64,000 bases of DNA from Candidatus Eiseniibacteriota bacterium. GTDB taxonomy: Bacteria; Eisenbacteria; RBG-16-71-46; JABDJR01. A program made the position numbers and the translations under genes. The notes beneath the pieces were generated by a model. It ran no database searches. It worked only from the letters and a program-made list of their open reading frames with translations, and was not told where the DNA came from. Position 1 is the stretch's first letter. Each line of letters starts with the position of its first letter. Shown here one piece after another: positions 29,465 to 38,163 of this stretch. The stretch spans positions 1,440,001 to 1,504,000 of the forward strand of contig CAWANH010000029.1 in the NCBI GenBank assembly GCA_963783375.1, given 5' to 3'.

Positions 29465-30642
29465 CAGGGTCCTCCCCGTCCCCACGGGCTCGGGCTTCCC
29501 GGTGCGCCGTTACCGGGCTCGCCCGGATTGTGAACGTTGTGGGAGGTGGGACCGGAGTAGTCGCGGCCGTGGCAGTCGTAGCAACTCTGGAAGCCGGTGG
29601 AGCGATGGGGGCCCCGGTCGGAGAGGGTGTTCATGACGATTCCCTCCACCGTCTGCGCCCCGGGAATCCCGTCCGAGGCGATGTGGCAGCCGAGGCAGAA
29701 CCGGCGGCACTGGGTCGCGTCGTTCACGGTGTCGGTGAGCCCGCTCCAGTCAACCCGCTCGTCGCTGATCAGGTATCCGTTCGGCTGCACCCGGTTGTGC
29801 CCCTCGGAACCGTGGGGATTGTGGCAGTCGTAGCAGGGGAGCATGTCCCCGACCTGGATGTGCGCGGGCCAGGAGAGGGCGACCCGGGATTCCTTCCGGA
29901 TCTGGTGGCCGGCGTGCTCGCCGTTCAACCCCGCGTCGTAGTAGTCCGCGATGTTCCGGTTCGCGGGGTCCATGCCTCCCGGCGCGTCCTGGTCGTGGCA
30001 GGAGAAGCAAAGCGCGTATTCCTCGGGAGATCCCACCGCGGCGTGGCCGCCGATCCCCCCGTAGGGCTTCAGCAGGAGGTCGCGACGATTCGGGGTGCCG
30101 TGAGGATCGTGGCAGTTCTCGCAACGCCCCTCTCCCGAGGCGTCTCGCCGGGGCATGTCGGGGTCCTGGGCGTGAGGCGAAAAGAAGTGACCCCCGGGCG
30201 TGATTCCCGGATCGGTGTAGGCGGTCTCCCCCGGCCAGCGGCCGCGATAGTTCACGCCGACCAGGCGCTCCCCGCCGGTGTTGGCCTCGAAGTAACCGGC
30301 GTCGGGTTCGGACTCGGGCATGCGGTCGGATTCGCCGAGGGGGTAATTGCCGGGACGGCGGCGGTGGCACGGTTCTGCCCCCTGGTCCCAGAAGGCGAGC
30401 TGGTTGGTGTTCTCGGTGAAGAGGAGGAGCGGATAGGGGGAGGGCTCCCACGCGTCGCCGTGGGGAGGATGGCACTGCTGGCACTGCCCCCGGGCCTGAT
30501 CGGCGTCACGGAGCACCCCGGTCTGCGGGTCCCCATGGGGATCGAAGGGCGTGTCCGCGGATATGTTCCAAGCAGCCAGAAGCAGGGCCGCCGTGAGAAC
30601 CATGCCGGAAACGGGTCTCACACCAAGCTCCCCCGGCCGCAA
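29464..30642 (-). CDS. Exported hexaheme c-type cytochrome with widely spaced hemes
   Basis: Signal peptide; 6 CxxCH plus a lone PCH; start uncertain (30642 or 30603). Confidence 0.85.
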   Translation of the reverse strand: MRPGELGVRPVSGMVLTAALLLAAWNISADTPFDPHGDPQTGVLRDADQARGQCQQCHPPHGDAWEPSPYPLLLFTENTNQLAFWDQGAEPCHRRRPGNYPLGESDRMPESEPDAGYFEANTGGERLVGVNYRGRWPGETAYTDPGITPGGHFFSPHAQDPDMPRRDASGEGRCENCHDPHGTPNRRDLLLKPYGGIGGHAAVGSPEEYALCFSCHDQDAPGGMDPANRNIADYYDAGLNGEHAGHQIRKESRVALSWPAHIQVGDMLPCYDCHNPHGSEGHNRVQPNGYLISDERVDWSGLTDTVNDATQCRRFCLGCHIASDGIPGAQTVEGIVMNTLSDRGPHRSTGFQSCYDCHGRDYSGPTSHNVHNPGEPGNGAPGSPSPWGRGGP

Positions 30643-30670
30643 TGTCGAAACGGGAAGGCAATGATGGACC

Positions 30671-30714
30671 GGATTCGGGCACCGGCAGTGGCCGGATTGT
30701 CGGTGCCCGAATCC
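30671..30714. terminator. Strong stem-loop directly downstream of the omcS-like gene
   Basis: GGATTCGGGCACCG / CGGTGCCCGAATCC perfect 14-bp inverted repeat. Confidence 0.65.
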
Positions 30715-30774
30715 CGTCGAAACGGGGAGGCCGGGCGCGCTAGCGCTTCGGCCGCCCTAATCCACCACCAGGCT

Positions 30775-31845
30775 TTACTGGGCCTGGGTGTGGCACTGAC
30801 CGCAGAGGGCGCGGGCCGAAGTCCCGTCGTCGCCCTGCTCGGTCACCGTGCCGGTGCCGATCATGTAGATCAGGCCGAACGCGTTCTGGTTGCCGTGGCC
30901 CTTGTGGCACGACATGCAGGACTGCGTGAGGCCGGTGTCGGTCCCGTCGTATGCGCCGGCCTTCTGGCCGGTGGGCGACATGACCTGGACCTGGTTGGTC
31001 TTCCCGGTCAGGAAGGCCAGACCGGAGTGACCGCCGCCCAGGGCGCCGATGTCGACACCCGCCGCCGGGTGACGCACGAAGTCCGCGGGAGGAGCTCCCG
31101 TGCCGCCGATCTCCGCCCCGCCGATGTCACCGTGGAAGTTGGTGTGGCAGGCCTTGCAGAAGGAGGCATAGGCGGACGCGGTCGTCACCGGCTCGTTGAA
31201 GGTGATCGCCCCGACCCCGTAGTGGTTGGCGCTGGTGCCGCTGGAGGCATTCTCGTACACCCACTTGGTGAGATCGTTGGCACCCTCGACGTCGCCGCGG
31301 GAGTAGGTCAGGAGGGTCGAGATCCCGCTCAGCGGAGGACCATAACCGCCCAGGTTCCGATAGGTATTGACGTGAGCCGAGTTGCCGCCGTGGGGCGAAT
31401 GGCAGTCGGTGCACTTCAGACCATCGGGATCGCTGAACGTGCCGCCCGGAGCCACGGCCAGCGAGTTCAGGGTGTGCCCGGTGGTCGGCGGATAGAGACC
31501 GTTGCCGCCCAACTCGTTCAGGGCACCCGCCTGACGGACATAGCCGTTGGTGTGGGTTTCGAACACGTCCGGCGCGAGCGCCTGCCCATCGTGGCAGGCC
31601 AGGCACAGGTTGTTGATATCGTCACGGAGCAGGAACTCGAACGGGCCGCCCGGTCCGAGCGGCGTGTAGAAGCCCGATCCGTTGGGGTTGTATCCATGGC
31701 TCTGGCTGTAGTGCATGACGTGGCAGTCGGAGCAGATCAAGGCCGAGCCGGTGTGATAATCACCGGCGAATCCGACGGACACGAGCACGGTCAGAGCGAG
31801 GAGAATCCCCGGACCAAGGAGGAGTTTCTTCCTCATAGCCACCAT
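30775..31845 (-). CDS. omcS: OmcS-like hexaheme cytochrome (candidate nanowire subunit)
   Basis: After the signal peptide: YH..CSDCHVMH, CLACH, GH..APGGT..LKCTDCHSPHG, YRNLGG, FCKACHTNFH, RHPA, CMSCHKGH, RALCGQCH; same order as recalled G. sulfurreducens OmcS. Confidence 0.8.
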   Translation of the reverse strand: MVAMRKKLLLGPGILLALTVLVSVGFAGDYHTGSALICSDCHVMHYSQSHGYNPNGSGFYTPLGPGGPFEFLLRDDINNLCLACHDGQALAPDVFETHTNGYVRQAGALNELGGNGLYPPTTGHTLNSLAVAPGGTFSDPDGLKCTDCHSPHGGNSAHVNTYRNLGGYGPPLSGISTLLTYSRGDVEGANDLTKWVYENASSGTSANHYGVGAITFNEPVTTASAYASFCKACHTNFHGDIGGAEIGGTGAPPADFVRHPAAGVDIGALGGGHSGLAFLTGKTNQVQVMSPTGQKAGAYDGTDTGLTQSCMSCHKGHGNQNAFGLIYMIGTGTVTEQGDDGTSARALCGQCHTQAQ

Positions 31846-32912
31846 TACCTCCCTTGCACGGTTGCGAGACCGATTCCGGAGACTCCGGAACCGCTTTGCT
31901 CCACATGATCGCGGGCCCCCGTCACGGGAGGCACGGCCACCTGGAGCACCTGGCAGCGGGCGCCCGCCCGCTCCAAGACTGCGAGCCGGTCCGCGGCCAG
32001 AAAGGCGCACGCGACCGGATAGTTGAACTGGCCGGGGCCGTGGCCGAAGCCACCGATGCGGCCCAGGTAACCGCCCCGGCGATCGAAGACGCTGATCGAG
32101 TGACGGATGGTGTCCACCACCCAGAGGTTCCCGTTGGGGCCCCAGGTCGCTCCCACGGCCATCGAGAAGGTGCCCTCACCCTCGCCGTGCTCGCCGAACG
32201 CGAAAAGCGGGGTGCCGTCGGTGGCGTTGACCAGGACCGACTTCTCACCCATGGGGTCCACCACCGCCATCATGGTCTCTTCTGCGTTCACCGCCAGAGC
32301 CACCGGCGAGGTGAACGGGCCCTTCTCCACCGGTCCGAAGCCCAGGCTTACCAGCGGCTCACCCACCGGATTCAGCACCACCAGGCCGGGGCGGTTGCCG
32401 GAACAGAGCACGTAAATGCGCCCGCTGCGTCCGATCACCACGTCCTGGAGATGGACCTTGGTGGTGAGCTCGGCGGGAAAGATGGGACGGAACGAGGTGA
32501 TGTGCGATCCCTGGGAGGTCATGACCTCGATGTAGTCGCTGAGCTGGTCGGCCACGAACATGCGGCCGTGATCGTCCAGCGCCACCGAGGCCGGCTCCGC
32601 GCTCGACCCCGCCGATCTGCGGATCTCGTAGTCCAGGGTACCCCGGGAGCGCCAGTTGGAGTCGAAGATGACCAGGCGGTGGTTCCCGGTGTCGGCGATC
32701 ACCACCACCCCCCGGGTGCTGTCGGCCACCATGCCCCGAGGGCGGCGGAAGGCGTCGAGCGGGGCGGGACCGGTGACGATGTCGAGGACGTTGAGGATGG
32801 AGGGGGCGGGATCTTCGGGGATGGGCTCCGCGGGGTAGGCCGGAACCGCGGCCACGGCCGAAGCCGAGGCGGCAAGAACCAGGCACAGTACCGCTCCGCG
32901 GAACGCAGACAT
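31845..32912 (-). CDS. NHL-repeat beta-propeller protein, exported
   Basis: FRRPRGMVAD..VIADTGNHRLVIFD; FGEHGEGEGTF; IGGFGHGPGQFNYP; signal peptide. Confidence 0.88.
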   Translation of the reverse strand: MSAFRGAVLCLVLAASASAVAAVPAYPAEPIPEDPAPSILNVLDIVTGPAPLDAFRRPRGMVADSTRGVVVIADTGNHRLVIFDSNWRSRGTLDYEIRRSAGSSAEPASVALDDHGRMFVADQLSDYIEVMTSQGSHITSFRPIFPAELTTKVHLQDVVIGRSGRIYVLCSGNRPGLVVLNPVGEPLVSLGFGPVEKGPFTSPVALAVNAEETMMAVVDPMGEKSVLVNATDGTPLFAFGEHGEGEGTFSMAVGATWGPNGNLWVVDTIRHSISVFDRRGGYLGRIGGFGHGPGQFNYPVACAFLAADRLAVLERAGARCQVLQVAVPPVTGARDHVEQSGSGVSGIGLATVQGR

Positions 32913-33105
32913 TTGGGCTCCCCCAGAAGCATCCCTGCCGGTGTCATGAACCGACGGGGGAGAACGTGATCCAGCCGATGCGACGAATCATAGCGTTACG
33001 GCGGTCTCCACAAATCCTTCATAAAAGTGATAGCCCAAATCGACCACTCTACCGGGGCATCCGACCCACCTCCCGCCCTTGCCCCGACTGCATTTCCGAT
33101 AACAT

Positions 33106-33122
33106 GATAAAGTTTGTCGTAA
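33106..33122. promoter_or_regulatory. Candidate regulator site (Fur-box-like), copy 2
   Basis: GATAAAGTTTGTCGTAA upstream of the NHL-omcS operon. Confidence 0.35.
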
Positions 33123-33321
33123 TATAGCGCGAAGGGAACGGGGCAACCGGCGCGCAACAAAGCGTTTCGATTTCCGGCCAGGAATTCAACAATCTCGGCG
33201 CGAGCCCGTCCCCGCGAAGCAGGTCCGTTGAGCACACCGTCACCGGCCGGAACTCCACCGCCGGGAACCTACCGAACCCTCCCGGGCGCGGGATCCCGCC
33301 CCCGCAGCCCCGGACTCCCCC

Positions 33322-33360
33322 AAATAAAACCGGCCCTCCGGAACGGGTCCGGAGGGCCGG
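33322..33360 (-). terminator. Rho-independent terminator after the tetraheme cytochrome gene
   Basis: CCGGCCCTCCGGA-N5-TCCGGAGGGCCGG 13-bp stem followed by TTTTATTT on the minus strand. Confidence 0.8.
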
Positions 33361-33407
33361 CGAACGAACTTTCCCCGCGGTGTCGCGGGTGGGGGGGGAA
33401 CTTTCCC

Positions 33408-34001
33408 CTACTTCCCCTCGGCCTTGGGAATCGGGTGCACGATCTTCTTCAGGTACTCGTCGTACTTGAACTCCTTGTGGAAGGGGTTCCCCTCGGCCAC
33501 GTGACACTTGAGACAGGTCTTCTCGTCGACGACGTTGAGCCCGACGGACTCGGGCTTGATCGTGCCGGCGTAGAGCTCTTTCATGACCTTCAGGCCCTTG
33601 TACCCGCTCCCGGGACCGTGACAGCTCTCACAGGAGATCCCCTCCTCGAGGGTGATCTTCTGGTTCTCCAGGTCCCCCATCACCGGGAAAGCGGTGACGT
33701 GGCACTTCAAACAGGCGTCGGCCTTCTGGGGATCGTCGATTCCCAGCTTCTTCGCGGCCGCCTTGGATTCGTCGCTGGCCAGGGCCTCGTAGGCCTTGGC
33801 GTGCGCGGTTCCCGCCCACACCTTGTGCTGGTCACCGGTCGCCGCCTTGCTGTGGCACATCTTGCAGGTCTTGACGCCTACGTAGGTGTACTCGGCCTTC
33901 TTGGCCTCGTCCTTCTTCGCATCCTGGGCCGCAGCCACCAGCCACGTTCCGGCCAACGCCAGACCCACGGAAAGGACGATCAGGGTTCTCTTGCCTCTCA
34001 T
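33408..34001 (-). CDS. Periplasmic tetraheme cytochrome, c554 family
   Basis: Signal peptide; YVGVKTCKMCH, HAKAYEAL, CLKCH, ISCESCHGPGSGY, CLKCH. Confidence 0.88.
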   Translation of the reverse strand: MRGKRTLIVLSVGLALAGTWLVAAAQDAKKDEAKKAEYTYVGVKTCKMCHSKAATGDQHKVWAGTAHAKAYEALASDESKAAAKKLGIDDPQKADACLKCHVTAFPVMGDLENQKITLEEGISCESCHGPGSGYKGLKVMKELYAGTIKPESVGLNVVDEKTCLKCHVAEGNPFHKEFKYDEYLKKIVHPIPKAEGK

Positions 34002-34088
34002 AGTTTACCTCCCTGTCCGACCGGGCACCCGGCTCGGACGCTCACCTTCACCAGAACTCGTCGCGCAACCATACAGGACGACTCCAAC

Positions 34089-35600
34089 CTAGTAAATGGA
34101 ATCGTCACCGGAATGACAGTCGTAACAGTGCATCTCCTTCCAGGCCCCATCGATATCCACCGGGTGCTTGAACTCCAACCCCTGGGTGGTCACCGTGTCC
34201 CCCAGATCCTCGGCCAGACCCTGGGCGATGATCGTGTGGCAGAGGTTGCAGTTCGAGCTGATCTGCTCTCCGTCGGCGTTCCGGAGTTCCGAGCCGTGGC
34301 ACCGGAAACAACCGGGAAACAAAAAGTGACCGCGATTATCCGGATACCTGTCCCAACGCACTTTCATGGCCGGGAACATGTTCTGGTTGTAGATACCCTG
34401 GACCGCGGGAATTGCTTCCACGGGGAGGTCGACCCCCTTGCCGGCGTAGAAGTCCTTCAACGAGGCGGCGATGGAGTCCATGGCCCCCGCCTCGGTCTCG
34501 TAGTTCCGCGACAGGACGGCCACCGCCTCCTGCTTGATCCACGGGATGCCCGGGCTCAGAACCCCCGCCGCCATGGCGGTGTTCACCGCCTGCATGGGAG
34601 AGAGGTAGTTGTGGGAGGGGCGGTTGTGGCAATCGATGCAGTCGAGCTGCCGTACCAGCCCCTTGGCGCTCCGCGTGGTCATGACCGAGTCGGGGAGCGG
34701 CTCCCCGGTCCGCGAGAACACGACCTCTTTCCCATCCTTCATCCAGGTCACCTGGTCGAAGGCCTGCCGGGAGGAATCGGTCGAGACGTAGGTCATGTGG
34801 TTTTCCTTGTCGATGTGCCAGTGGATGCCCGATGCGTGGCCCTGGCTCGACGCCGAGGTTCCCCCCACCTTGAACAGCATCTCGATCTTCCAGTGGGTGT
34901 TCTCCTTGTCCCCGAGGTAGTGGTCGTGGGTCACCTCGTTGGCCGGATAGAACTTGGCCGGCCAGTGGCACTGCTCACAGGTCTCCTGGGCGGGCCGGAG
35001 ATTCTGGACCGGGGTCTCGATGGGGGTGGGATAGGTGTGCAGGATGGTCTTGAAAACCTGCCGGGCCCCGGAGAGCTTGCTCCGGACGTACCATCCGGCC
35101 CCGGGCCCGATGTGGCAGCTGACGCACTCCACCCGGGCGTGGGCCGACCTGAGGTACGCGGTGTGCTCCGGCTGCATGACGGTGTGGCAGGTCGTCCCGC
35201 AGAACTCCACCGACTCGGTGTACTGGTACCCCTGGTAGAGCCCGATGGTGGTGACGAGGAGGAAGACGCAGGTGCCGGCCACGAAGGTGATCAGGGCGTT
35301 TCGATGATGGGGGTTCCCGAGGTCCACCACCACCGGCCGCAACTGCCCCCGCTCCCGGCGCTTCTTCTCCCGCCACATCCCAAGGGGGATGAGGAGGAGA
35401 CCCAGGACCAGCACCCCCGGGAACACCATGTAGATGAAGATCCCGATGTAGGGGTTGGTCCCCCCCGAAAAGACGTTGAGGAGGTAGAGAATGACCACCG
35501 CGGCAAGGCCGAAGAGCGCGGCGGCCGCCCCGAGCAGGGTGATGACGTTGTAGGCCAACCCCGGATAAAGTTGCTTCTTCTTTTCGTTCTTCGCGTTCAC
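34089..35600 (-). CDS. imcH: ImcH-like inner-membrane heptaheme NapC/NirT-family quinol oxidase
   Basis: 3 N-terminal TM helices; YTESVEFCGTTCHTVM.PE, HARVECVSCHIGPGA, LRPAQETCEQCHWP, GIHWH, CIDCHNRPSH; 6 CxxCH + 1 CxxxCH. Confidence 0.82.
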   Translation of the reverse strand: MNAKNEKKKQLYPGLAYNVITLLGAAAALFGLAAVVILYLLNVFSGGTNPYIGIFIYMVFPGVLVLGLLLIPLGMWREKKRRERGQLRPVVVDLGNPHHRNALITFVAGTCVFLLVTTIGLYQGYQYTESVEFCGTTCHTVMQPEHTAYLRSAHARVECVSCHIGPGAGWYVRSKLSGARQVFKTILHTYPTPIETPVQNLRPAQETCEQCHWPAKFYPANEVTHDHYLGDKENTHWKIEMLFKVGGTSASSQGHASGIHWHIDKENHMTYVSTDSSRQAFDQVTWMKDGKEVVFSRTGEPLPDSVMTTRSAKGLVRQLDCIDCHNRPSHNYLSPMQAVNTAMAAGVLSPGIPWIKQEAVAVLSRNYETEAGAMDSIAASLKDFYAGKGVDLPVEAIPAVQGIYNQNMFPAMKVRWDRYPDNRGHFLFPGCFRCHGSELRNADGEQISSNCNLCHTIIAQGLAEDLGDTVTTQGLEFKHPVDIDGAWKEMHCYDCHSGDDSIY

Positions 35601-35909
35601 GCTATCCCCGTTTTCAAGATCGTTTCGGCTCGTTGAAACAGATCGTTTCGGTTTTGCTTTCGTTCCGCGTATCCTGCCACGACCCCTTGGCGACGCGACA
35701 TCTTAATGAGCAAATCCAGAATTTGTACAGCGGACCTTCCCGGTCGGGGATGAGCGCCGATCGGGGCCTCGGACGGAGGGTCCGGTCGAGGGCTGCGACC
35801 GCCGTTCCGGGGCCACGATCCCGCCCGAAGACGATTGGACAATCTCCCCCCCGAACGGAGATCATCAAGGACTGCACGGGAACGGAAGCCCCGTCAAGGA
35901 GGAGGATCA

Positions 35910-36908
35910 ATGGAGTACGTGAAGCTCGGCGACACCGGGCTCGAGGTCTCGCGAATCTGCCTGGGATGCATGTCCTACGGGGACTCCGGCTGGCGGTCCT
36001 GGGTGCTGGACGAGGATGAGACTGCGTCTCACTTCCGGACCGCAGTGGAGGCCGGGATCAACTTCTTCGACACCGCGGACATGTACTCCCGGGGACGGAG
36101 CGAGGAGGTGACGGGGCGCTACCTGCGCGAGCTGACCCGGCGCGACGAGACGGTGGTGGCGACCAAGGTCTTCTTCCCCGTGCACCGCGGTCCCAACGGC
36201 GGGGGGCTGAGCCGGAAGCACATTCTCGACGCCTGCGACGCCTCGCTCCGGCGCCTGGGGCTGGATCACATCGATCTCTACCAGATCCACCGCTTCGATC
36301 ACGGGACACCGATCGAGGAGACGGTGGACGCGCTGGACTCCCTGGTGCGGGCGGGCAAGGTGCGGTACCTGGGGGCCAGCAGCATGGCCGCCTGGCAGTT
36401 CGCCAGGTTCCTGTTCGCCGCCGACCGGAGCGGCGCCCACCGGTTCGTCTCCATGCAGAACCACTACAACCTGGTCTACCGGGAGGAAGAACGGGAGATG
36501 ATCCCCCTCTGCCGGGATCAAGGGGTGGGGATCGTGCCCTGGAGCCCGCTGGCCCGGGGACTCCTGGCCGGGAACCGGTCCCGCGAGGGGGCGGAGCCGA
36601 CCGAGCGCGCCCGGACCGACGGCTACGCCAAGGATCTCTACGGTCCCGACGACTTCGACGTGGTGGACGCGACGGTGGAGGTGGCCAGGGCGAGGGGGGT
36701 GAAACCGGCCCAGATCGCGCTGGCCTGGCTCCTCCAGGCGCCGGGGGTGACCGCCCCCATCGTGGGGGCCACCCAGGTCCACTACATCACCGAGGCGGTG
36801 GAGGCATTGGCCATCCGGCTGGATCCCGAGGAGGTGGAGCGGCTCGAGGCCCCCTACCGGCCGCACCCGGTCCTGGGGCACCGGCCGCCGCGAGGGGTGG
36901 GGCGCTGA
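35910..36908 (+). CDS. Aldo/keto reductase (YajO-like)
   Basis: VSRICLGCMSYG, FFDTADMYS, DLYQIHRFD, YLGASSM, PWSPLARG. Confidence 0.93.
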   Translation: MEYVKLGDTGLEVSRICLGCMSYGDSGWRSWVLDEDETASHFRTAVEAGINFFDTADMYSRGRSEEVTGRYLRELTRRDETVVATKVFFPVHRGPNGGGLSRKHILDACDASLRRLGLDHIDLYQIHRFDHGTPIEETVDALDSLVRAGKVRYLGASSMAAWQFARFLFAADRSGAHRFVSMQNHYNLVYREEEREMIPLCRDQGVGIVPWSPLARGLLAGNRSREGAEPTERARTDGYAKDLYGPDDFDVVDATVEVARARGVKPAQIALAWLLQAPGVTAPIVGATQVHYITEAVEALAIRLDPEEVERLEAPYRPHPVLGHRPPRGVGR

Positions 36909-36958
36909 CGGAGACGGGTCGTTGGGGGCGGACGGCGCCCTGTCAGGCGTCCACCGCC

Positions 36959-37969
36959 TCAGGTGCGCGGGAAGGGTTCGACCGGCTCCGCTTCGAAGAG
37001 TTCAGGTCGTTTCTCGGCCAGCCCGGAGAGATAGTGCTCGGCGTCGAGCGAGGCCGCGCACCCCGCTCCCGCCGCGGTGACCGCCTGGCGGTAGCGCTTG
37101 TCGTGAACGTCTCCGGCGGCGAACACTCCCGGGACGCTCGTTTCCTGGTGGCGCTTGAGCACGATGTATCCGTCGTCGTCGGTCACCACCTGGTCTCCGA
37201 GAAACGCGGTGTTGGGAACGTGGCCGATGGCGTAGAAAAGCCCCCCGACCTCCAGCGTCCGCCGCGAGCCGTCCTCGGTGGAGACGAGGGAGATCCGCTC
37301 CAGCTGCTTCTCCCCCTGGAGCTCCTCCAGCTCGTGGCTCCAGATCACCTCGATCTTGGGGTTGGCCAGCACCCGTTCCTGCATGAGCTTGCACGCCCGG
37401 AACTCGTTCCGGCGATGGATGATGTAGACCTTCGAGGCGTACTTGGTGAGAAAGCTGGCCTCCTCCATCGCGGTGTCCCCCCCGCCGATCACCGCCAGGG
37501 GCTTGTTCCGGAACATGGGAAGCGCGCCGTCGCACACCGCACAGGCGCTCACCCCGTTCTGCCAGAACTGCTTGCTCCCCTTGGGATCGAGCTTCTTGGC
37601 CCGAGCGCCGGTGGCCACGACGATCGACAGCGCGGCGATCTCCTTCCCCTCGGAAGTATGGAGGCGGAAGGGTACCTGGTCGAGATCGGCCCGCACCACG
37701 TCCACCTGCTCGGTCCGGGCCCCGAAATGCACGGCCTGGGCCCGAAAGTGGTCCATCAGGTCGGCCCCGCCGATCCCCTCGGGAAAGCCCGGGAAGTTCT
37801 CGATGTCGGTCGTGGTCATGAGCTGGCCGCCGGGGATCTCCCCGCGTTCGTTGGCGATCGACCCCTCCAGGACCAGGGGAGCCAACTCGGCCCGGGCGGC
37901 GTAGATGGCCGCGGTGAAGGCCGCAGGTCCCGATCCGATGATGACCATGGTTTCCGGTTTGTCTGCCAC
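36959..37969 (-). CDS. trxB: Thioredoxin reductase
   Basis: [54 protein letters not shown]. Confidence 0.95.
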   Translation of the reverse strand: MADKPETMVIIGSGPAAFTAAIYAARAELAPLVLEGSIANERGEIPGGQLMTTTDIENFPGFPEGIGGADLMDHFRAQAVHFGARTEQVDVVRADLDQVPFRLHTSEGKEIAALSIVVATGARAKKLDPKGSKQFWQNGVSACAVCDGALPMFRNKPLAVIGGGDTAMEEASFLTKYASKVYIIHRRNEFRACKLMQERVLANPKIEVIWSHELEELQGEKQLERISLVSTEDGSRRTLEVGGLFYAIGHVPNTAFLGDQVVTDDDGYIVLKRHQETSVPGVFAAGDVHDKRYRQAVTAAGAGCAASLDAEHYLSGLAEKRPELFEAEPVEPFPRT

Positions 37970-38163
37970 GCCCTAGCCTCCGGTGATTGATTCCAGGCCC
38001 CCCGCCCCCTTCGAGCGGATCGCGGGGAAAACCGATGTGTTGCCGGCTCCCTCAAACAGGACGCAATCGCCCCGCCGGGGTCACCAGGAACCCCCATTCA
38101 TAGTACACATGGGTATTCCGGGGGTCAGGGGAAAACGGGGCGTCCGGGGAGGATGGCCCGGTT

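Noticed and set aside
32913-33407. Cyclic-dinucleotide (GEMM-I) riboswitch upstream of the omcS-like operon, as known in Geobacter
   Set aside because: Read on the minus strand; no GCAAACC...GAAA...GACGCAAAGC-like core visible. An Infernal scan would be decisive
14978-35600. EET island as a mobile genomic island
   Set aside because: No integrase, transposase, tRNA or flanking direct repeats seen; composition broadly similar to the flanks
35660-35680. Sigma-54 promoter upstream of the imcH-like gene (TGGCAG on the minus strand)
   Set aside because: Lacks the -12 TTGC element at the right spacing
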